This document shows positions 7,401-10,772 of a stretch of DNA of 10,772 bases, piece by piece. The notes under the pieces were generated by a model. It made no database searches. It was not told where the DNA came from and saw only the letters and a list, made by a program, of their open reading frames with translations. The stretch's first letter is position 1. Every line of letters begins with the position of its first letter. This DNA comes from a bacterium (GTDB lineage Bacteria; Hinthialibacterota; Hinthialibacteria; Hinthialibacterales; Hinthialibacteraceae), in NCBI GenBank assembly GCA_963663405.2, contig CAXXSM010000062.1, positions 1-10,772 on the forward strand, in the 5' to 3' direction. The translations under genes were made by a program, and so were the position numbers.

Positions 7401-7850
7401 AGCGGGGCGCAAATCGTTCTGGAAAATTCTTCCGTCCAATGTAAATTCAACGCCGCCGGCGATCTCTGGCCCGTGAATATCGACCAAGGCCAGATCAAGC
7501 AGGTTGTCCGCAACATTATTCTCAATGCGGTTCAAGCCATGTCTGATGAAGGAATCATCTATGTAAAATTAGAGAATATTCATATAAACAATGAATTCAA
7601 AGGAAGGTTATGCGAAGGAGATTATGTCAAAATATCGATAACAGATACAGGTTGCGGCATTCCACCTAATGACCTGCCAAAAATCTACGACCCTTATTTT
7701 ACGACAAAGGATCATGTGACACAGAAAGGATTGGGTTTGGGATTGGCCATCTGTTTTTCGATCATCAAACTCCATCGCGGTCTGATCGACGCTGTTTCTG
7801 AAGTGGGCAAGGGAACCACATTCACATTTTATTTACCTGCGCAGCAATGA
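4488..7850 (+). CDS. Membrane sensor histidine kinase: N-terminal TM/signal, two-component-regulator beta-propeller repeats, Y_Y_Y-like domain, TM, PAS, HisKA, HATPase_c; no receiver domain
   Basis: Repeated DGxIW(F/I)GT propeller blades (PDGAIWFAT, EDGSIWIGT, KDGSIWFGT, SDGTIWAG). GHYIFEVKAAD Y_Y_Y motif. TM FWIPVLLCALTALISIGFVLI. PAS/PAC (AQSIAHIGHW...IHPLD...GVIQDITE). H-box AGGIAHDFNNLL (His at 7194-7196), N-box NIILNAVQAM, G1 DTGCGI, F-box PYFTTK, G2 GLGLGL. Confidence 0.95.
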   Translation: MILNPTINTRSKRTIFRLFGSVCSALLFFFLLFPFPIHSEPVWFTRHFKPSDDLAFQIVRDIALAPDGAIWFATWGGGLSRFDGSHWQTYNKEKTISDYMIRALAFDQYGNLWAGTVNGIQHFDGDEWKFYSKETVPNLDYDSVFTILPRKNGEIWFGMNGGYLYSYDPQKPESDRWRLVRDTGFFRKQGIRDCIELEDGSVWICGDGIYYYDEEDKDWTVYTINEHFYSICHLQDGRILAAGTSYLYQLDGETWTVIEKAMYEPRSIVQTADGSILVGSRTGVQIGNHGIWKDFELSDDFSHPYVEVIRELEDGSIWIGTRNGVYLARQSDWSVFPDSSIHSSVFGRRFFSSKKFKPRIANSDSQIFELQGEEWISAGMAGGEYGELEEILNSSEQRLTVRKQNAIVEYLTPDLSIERIIPIPETLRHRKVYQTPDGAFWLYGEEDFFQWTGSEWKPCESSSTRENKRIQLFRETSDGTRWVAYRGSVEAIGKDYEFLNLFSTPGYSNRHITEIIHTKDGSIWFGTSGAGIVVYKEGKTTKYTTKNGLPSNWIFCIFESSDGTIWAGMDDSSAASFRDGRWISFTQKEIQLRGHVTRITEDPDGAIWFAVESTGLARYLPSTDPPQTEIQDFTQHLTENSAGVFSFRGWDTWHNTHPSELVYSWRITKIGKEGEIVPWKPYTTQTIVSTPCLFAGHYIFEVKAADKERNADPTPDSIPFTVEPFFYKKSGFWIPVLLCALTALISIGFVLIKHRALLASEKWLSQAQSIAHIGHWIYDIQRGMLAGSDEFYKILGVSRNEMSSTTQSIRQIIHPLDYDYVQSEIRGILVNQQAADFEHRIIQPNGNIRTIHVRADIKINGTENSTRLLGVIQDITEKRRLEEEAQKAQKLESIGILAGGIAHDFNNLLTAIIGNIALAKYSLPRENDAYKRLLDSEKASHRAQDLTKQLLTFSAGNRPIKKKCSIEDVVRSGAQIVLENSSVQCKFNAAGDLWPVNIDQGQIKQVVRNIILNAVQAMSDEGIIYVKLENIHINNEFKGRLCEGDYVKISITDTGCGIPPNDLPKIYDPYFTTKDHVTQKGLGLGLAICFSIIKLHRGLIDAVSEVGKGTTFTFYLPAQQ

Positions 7851-7857
7851 GAAACCC

Positions 7858-8580
7858 CTATTCTTTCTCTTCCAATTCCGGCGAAAAATTAAACACCCGC
7901 AGGATCACGGGTTTTGTTTTAAACACATCGATAATCGTAAGAGAACCCAGTCCGGTTTGATATTCATCCCACCGGCGCCAAGATGGCGTCTCATCCGCCG
8001 AACCAGCCACTCCAGCGAGAATATCTCCATGCGTCACCACCACAACCGCTTTGCCATACGCGTCATCCATTTTGCGGATGCGGTCAAATACACGTTTCGT
8101 AGAATCCGTTAGCGATTCACCCTCTTTCGGTGTGCGGTCATACCCCTCGCGCCATAGCGCGATACGCTCCGAAAGCGCATAGGGATCGCCATTCTCTTTG
8201 AGACCAGTCCTCATTTGATTAAAAGCTGGATCTTGTTTGACAGGGATCCCGTTCTCTTTCACAAGACCACTGAATTCCAATGTCTTCCACGTTCGATCCG
8301 TCTCCGATGTGTACGCGGCGGCGATGGGATAATCAGTCAGCGCTTCGCCTGCCACGCGCGATTGGGCTTTCCCCTTATCCGTAATAGTGAAATATAGTTC
8401 CGAATCCCGCGCCATACTATGATTTACATTATGATGCGTCTCCGCATGGCGAATGAAATAGACACGAATTGCGTCCGAAGCGATCGGAGGTAGATCTTTC
8501 AATGGGCATTGTTCTTCCCCCATCACAGGCGCGTTTGCCATCAGAATTACAACACAAATAAACGATACGAATGGTTTCAT
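7858..8580 (-). CDS. Histidine phosphatase (phosphoglycerate mutase-like superfamily) with predicted signal peptide
   Basis: VYFIRHAET (RHG-type motif variant), TS...RT..T, PKEGES, VVVVTHG. N-terminus MKPFVSFICVVILMANAPVMG resembles a Sec signal. GGAGG RBS upstream. Confidence 0.88.
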   Translation of the reverse strand: MKPFVSFICVVILMANAPVMGEEQCPLKDLPPIASDAIRVYFIRHAETHHNVNHSMARDSELYFTITDKGKAQSRVAGEALTDYPIAAAYTSETDRTWKTLEFSGLVKENGIPVKQDPAFNQMRTGLKENGDPYALSERIALWREGYDRTPKEGESLTDSTKRVFDRIRKMDDAYGKAVVVVTHGDILAGVAGSADETPSWRRWDEYQTGLGSLTIIDVFKTKPVILRVFNFSPELEEKE

Positions 8581-8587
8581 CTAACAT

Positions 8588-8592
8588 CCTCC
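8588..8592 (-). promoter_or_regulatory. Shine-Dalgarno GGAGG for the histidine phosphatase
   Basis: CCTCC on the plus strand at 8588-8592, 7 nt upstream of the minus-strand ATG at 8580. Confidence 0.8.
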
Positions 8593-8601
8593 ATAGAAAA
8601 G

Positions 8602-8611
8602 TGTATATACA
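8602..8611. promoter_or_regulatory. Perfect palindrome TGTATATACA, resembling a GntR/HutC-subfamily operator (TGTA-N2-TACA)
   Basis: Exact 10-bp palindrome in a 53-nt intergenic gap, 9 nt from the RBS of the phosphatase. Regulator identity is inferred. Confidence 0.4.
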
Positions 8612-8633
8612 ATCAATCTTTATGAATCTCGCG

Positions 8634-10010
8634 TTACCAACCGTATTTCTCCGGTCCCCATGTTGACCGGATTTGGTCTTGTTTGACATAGACGATGGTC
8701 TTATTCGGAACATCATCGTTGAGAATGACTCCGGAGCCGACAACACTATATGGCCCGACTTTCACGCCGGGCATGAGAATCGCGTTAACGCCCGTGCGAG
8801 TATAATCACCCAAATACGCCGCGTTGGCGCCGGACGAGACGGGAATTTCACGGCGCCCTTTAACATGGTGAATCGTCTGCTGATCGTCAAAACGAAGATT
8901 ACCGCAGACTGTAGCCGCCCCTAAATCAGCCGACCGGCCGATGACTCCCCAATATTCCCCATAATGATACGAATAAGCGCCATCCATCAACACTCCGCCA
9001 AATTCCGCCGCATGACCGATGACGCAGTGGGAACCGATAGCGCTTAGTGGCTCAATTTTGCAGTATTCCCGGATTTGACATTCATCGCCGATCGTTGTAT
9101 TTTCTCCAATGATGGCTCCATCCGTGATTTTTGTGTTCTTCCCAACCCATAGATTGCCTTTCACTTTCACGTCATGGCCAATTACCGAGTTTTCCCCTAC
9201 AACAATATGTCCTCCGATCTCCGCTCCTTTTTCAACCACCGCGCTGGATGCGATTTGATCGGTGGTGATCTTCGAACCGAGAGAGGTAAGCACAGCGCTG
9301 TTCGCGTCGAGAATATGCCAGGGTTTGTCCACGTCGACGAAAAAACGCTGCGTCTCTACAGCGCGAATTGTTCCGCCATCCCGCAGGAACCGGCTTAACG
9401 ATTCCGCCAGTTCGGATTCGAGAGACGGCATATTCCCCACTTCGACGGATGTCATCAAACCGGGATTATTCGTCAAATAGGGAACCAGTTTCCGGGAGAG
9501 GCAATATACGCCGCAAAGGCGGTGCGAAGCCTCGCGGGGATGGCCCAGGATCTGATGGACGCGATCGTTATCGACATTCGCGCAAAGCCATTCATTTGGA
9601 GGTAGAGAGCCAAGGCTCTGAACCAGGGCGCAGGCTTCATCCCCGTTTTCATGCGCGGCGAGGAGTTGTTTTAAATCTTCAACAGAGAAGACGGTGTCTC
9701 CATACAGTGTGAGAAAATCAGGCTCTTTGATAAATGATAATCCAGCCAGCAGACTATCCGCTGTCCCTTTCGGTTGCTTCTGTTCTACACATTGTACGCC
9801 AGCCAATCCCGAAACGGCGTCGCGGATCTGCGAACCGAGAGGCCCAATGACAACGATGATATTTTGAATTCCGCAAGTCTGCAGCGCGTCGATCTGCCAG
9901 TGAATAATCGGCCGGTTGGCGATCGGAAGCGCCGCTTTCGGCCACGTGTCTCCATAGGGCCAGATTTTCGATCCGGCTCCCGCCGCGAGGATAATCGCCG
10001 TATCCACCAT
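8634..10010 (-). CDS. Sugar-1-phosphate nucleotidyltransferase fused to a left-handed beta-helix (acyltransferase-like) domain; divergent archaeal-type GlmU-like protein
   Basis: AIILAAGAGSK...PKAALPIANRPII, QKQPKGTADSL, YGD, VDVDKPWHILDAN. Hexapeptide repeats (VVGENSVIGHDVKV, IIGENTTIGDECQI). LGAATVCGNLRFD and TGVNAILMPGVKVG. AGAGG RBS-like sequence upstream. Confidence 0.88.
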   Translation of the reverse strand: MVDTAIILAAGAGSKIWPYGDTWPKAALPIANRPIIHWQIDALQTCGIQNIIVVIGPLGSQIRDAVSGLAGVQCVEQKQPKGTADSLLAGLSFIKEPDFLTLYGDTVFSVEDLKQLLAAHENGDEACALVQSLGSLPPNEWLCANVDNDRVHQILGHPREASHRLCGVYCLSRKLVPYLTNNPGLMTSVEVGNMPSLESELAESLSRFLRDGGTIRAVETQRFFVDVDKPWHILDANSAVLTSLGSKITTDQIASSAVVEKGAEIGGHIVVGENSVIGHDVKVKGNLWVGKNTKITDGAIIGENTTIGDECQIREYCKIEPLSAIGSHCVIGHAAEFGGVLMDGAYSYHYGEYWGVIGRSADLGAATVCGNLRFDDQQTIHHVKGRREIPVSSGANAAYLGDYTRTGVNAILMPGVKVGPYSVVGSGVILNDDVPNKTIVYVKQDQIRSTWGPEKYGW

Positions 10011-10039
10011 AATCGCCTCTTTGATCTGGAATGATGAAT

Positions 10040-10772
10040 TTATGATTCTAACGCTTCATCCGCGTATTGCTGGATTTTTTCAATCGCCCGCGCGATGTCT
10101 TCCATATCGGCTTTTGGCCCTAACATCATTTCCTGGAAGAACCAGAGACTCTCATTTTGGCAAACCCGTTCGCAGACAGGACAATCCACCGCCGTATACA
10201 CCCTGCCCGCATAGAGTTCGTTATACCCGGTCGCCTTTTTAGGGAATTCTTTAAACAACGCGTAATCATAGAGGGGCCGGTAACCGGACGAACAGGCGAC
10301 ACCTTCTTTCTGAAGCGCTTTCACGAAACGCATTTTGGGCAGTCCTTGAAACGCTTCGGCGTTATAACTCAGGAGTCCAAGATGCCAGGCGTGACGGGTT
10401 GTTCCAGGGTAGGATTCCTGTAAAGAGATCCCTTCAATCCCATCGAGAAGTTCCTTCAAATAGCCCATATTCTCTTCGCGCCGTTTCAGTTGTTCTTCAA
10501 ACCGCTGCATTCCAACACGCAGCAATCCCGCTTGAAACGCGCTCAACCGGTGGTTGCCCGCGATTTCATAGTGATCGTACCATGCTCCACCTTCCATGCG
10601 TCCACAGTTGGCGAACGACCGAATCCGCTGATATAAATCATCATCGTTTGTGACAATCGCGCCGCCTTCACCGGAGGTCAGGTTTTTCGACGATTGAAAC
10701 GAAAATGTTCCCGCGTTCCCTAAATTCCCAACGTGGCGCCCTTTCCACTGGGCGCCGGGCGCTTGGGCTGCG
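10040..10772 (-). CDS. DegT/DnrJ/EryC1/StrS-family PLP-dependent aminotransferase (AHBA synthase RifK / BtrR-like); 5'-partial
   Basis: The frame of the listed 185-aa ORF stays open to the window edge: AAQAPGAQWKGRHVGNLGNAGTFSFQSSKNLTSGEGGAIVTNDD...NCGR...GNHRLSAFQAG. PLP lysine codon at 10685-10687. Confidence 0.93.
   Translation of the reverse strand, partial: AAQAPGAQWKGRHVGNLGNAGTFSFQSSKNLTSGEGGAIVTNDDDLYQRIRSFANCGRMEGGAWYDHYEIAGNHRLSAFQAGLLRVGMQRFEEQLKRREENMGYLKELLDGIEGISLQESYPGTTRHAWHLGLLSYNAEAFQGLPKMRFVKALQKEGVACSSGYRPLYDYALFKEFPKKATGYNELYAGRVYTAVDCPVCERVCQNESLWFFQEMMLGPKADMEDIARAIEKIQQYADEALES

Noticed and set aside
4821-7535. Short overlapping and antisense ORFs inside the kinase (e.g. 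4966-5412, 7193-7525), and similar ones in other genes
   Set aside because: They are shadows of well-supported CDSs and show no recognisable motifs.
8429-8746. 105-aa minus-strand ORF bridging the GlmU-like gene and the phosphatase (possible frameshift fusion)
   Set aside because: Both flanking genes are complete, and the phosphatase has its own RBS and signal peptide.
10040-10597. 185-aa ORF as a complete protein
   Set aside because: It is the C-terminal part of the aminotransferase. The PLP-lysine motif lies upstream in the same open frame.
1-10772. CRISPR array, tRNA/rRNA, IS/integrase, defence or retron-type system
   Set aside because: No spaced direct repeats, cloverleaf or rRNA signatures, and no transposase, integrase, reverse transcriptase or nuclease motifs. 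Intergenic spaces are all 164 nt or shorter.

Overview
Chromosomal-looking bacterial region with seven protein-coding genes, two of them cut by the window edges. Plus strand: two tandem paralogous N-acetylmuramoyl-L-alanine amidases (Amidase_3 with 1 and 3 LysM domains; the first is 5'-truncated), a radical SAM enzyme with a SPASM/Twitch-type C-terminus, and a 1120-aa membrane sensor histidine kinase (beta-propeller, Y_Y_Y, TM, PAS, HisKA, HATPase) with no receiver domain. A convergent minus-strand block holds a DegT/DnrJ/EryC1/StrS PLP aminotransferase (5'-truncated), a divergent archaeal-GlmU-like nucleotidyltransferase/left-handed beta-helix protein, and a signal-peptide-bearing histidine phosphatase. 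I saw no RNA genes, CRISPR arrays or mobile elements. The points most worth a second look are a perfect 13-bp inverted repeat next to the RBS of amidase 2, a 7-codon micro-ORF overlapping the radical SAM start codon, the divergent amino-sugar operon, and TGTA..TACA palindromes in two intergenic regions. All calls come from reading motifs by eye with no database searches, so I cannot show that any of this is a new system.
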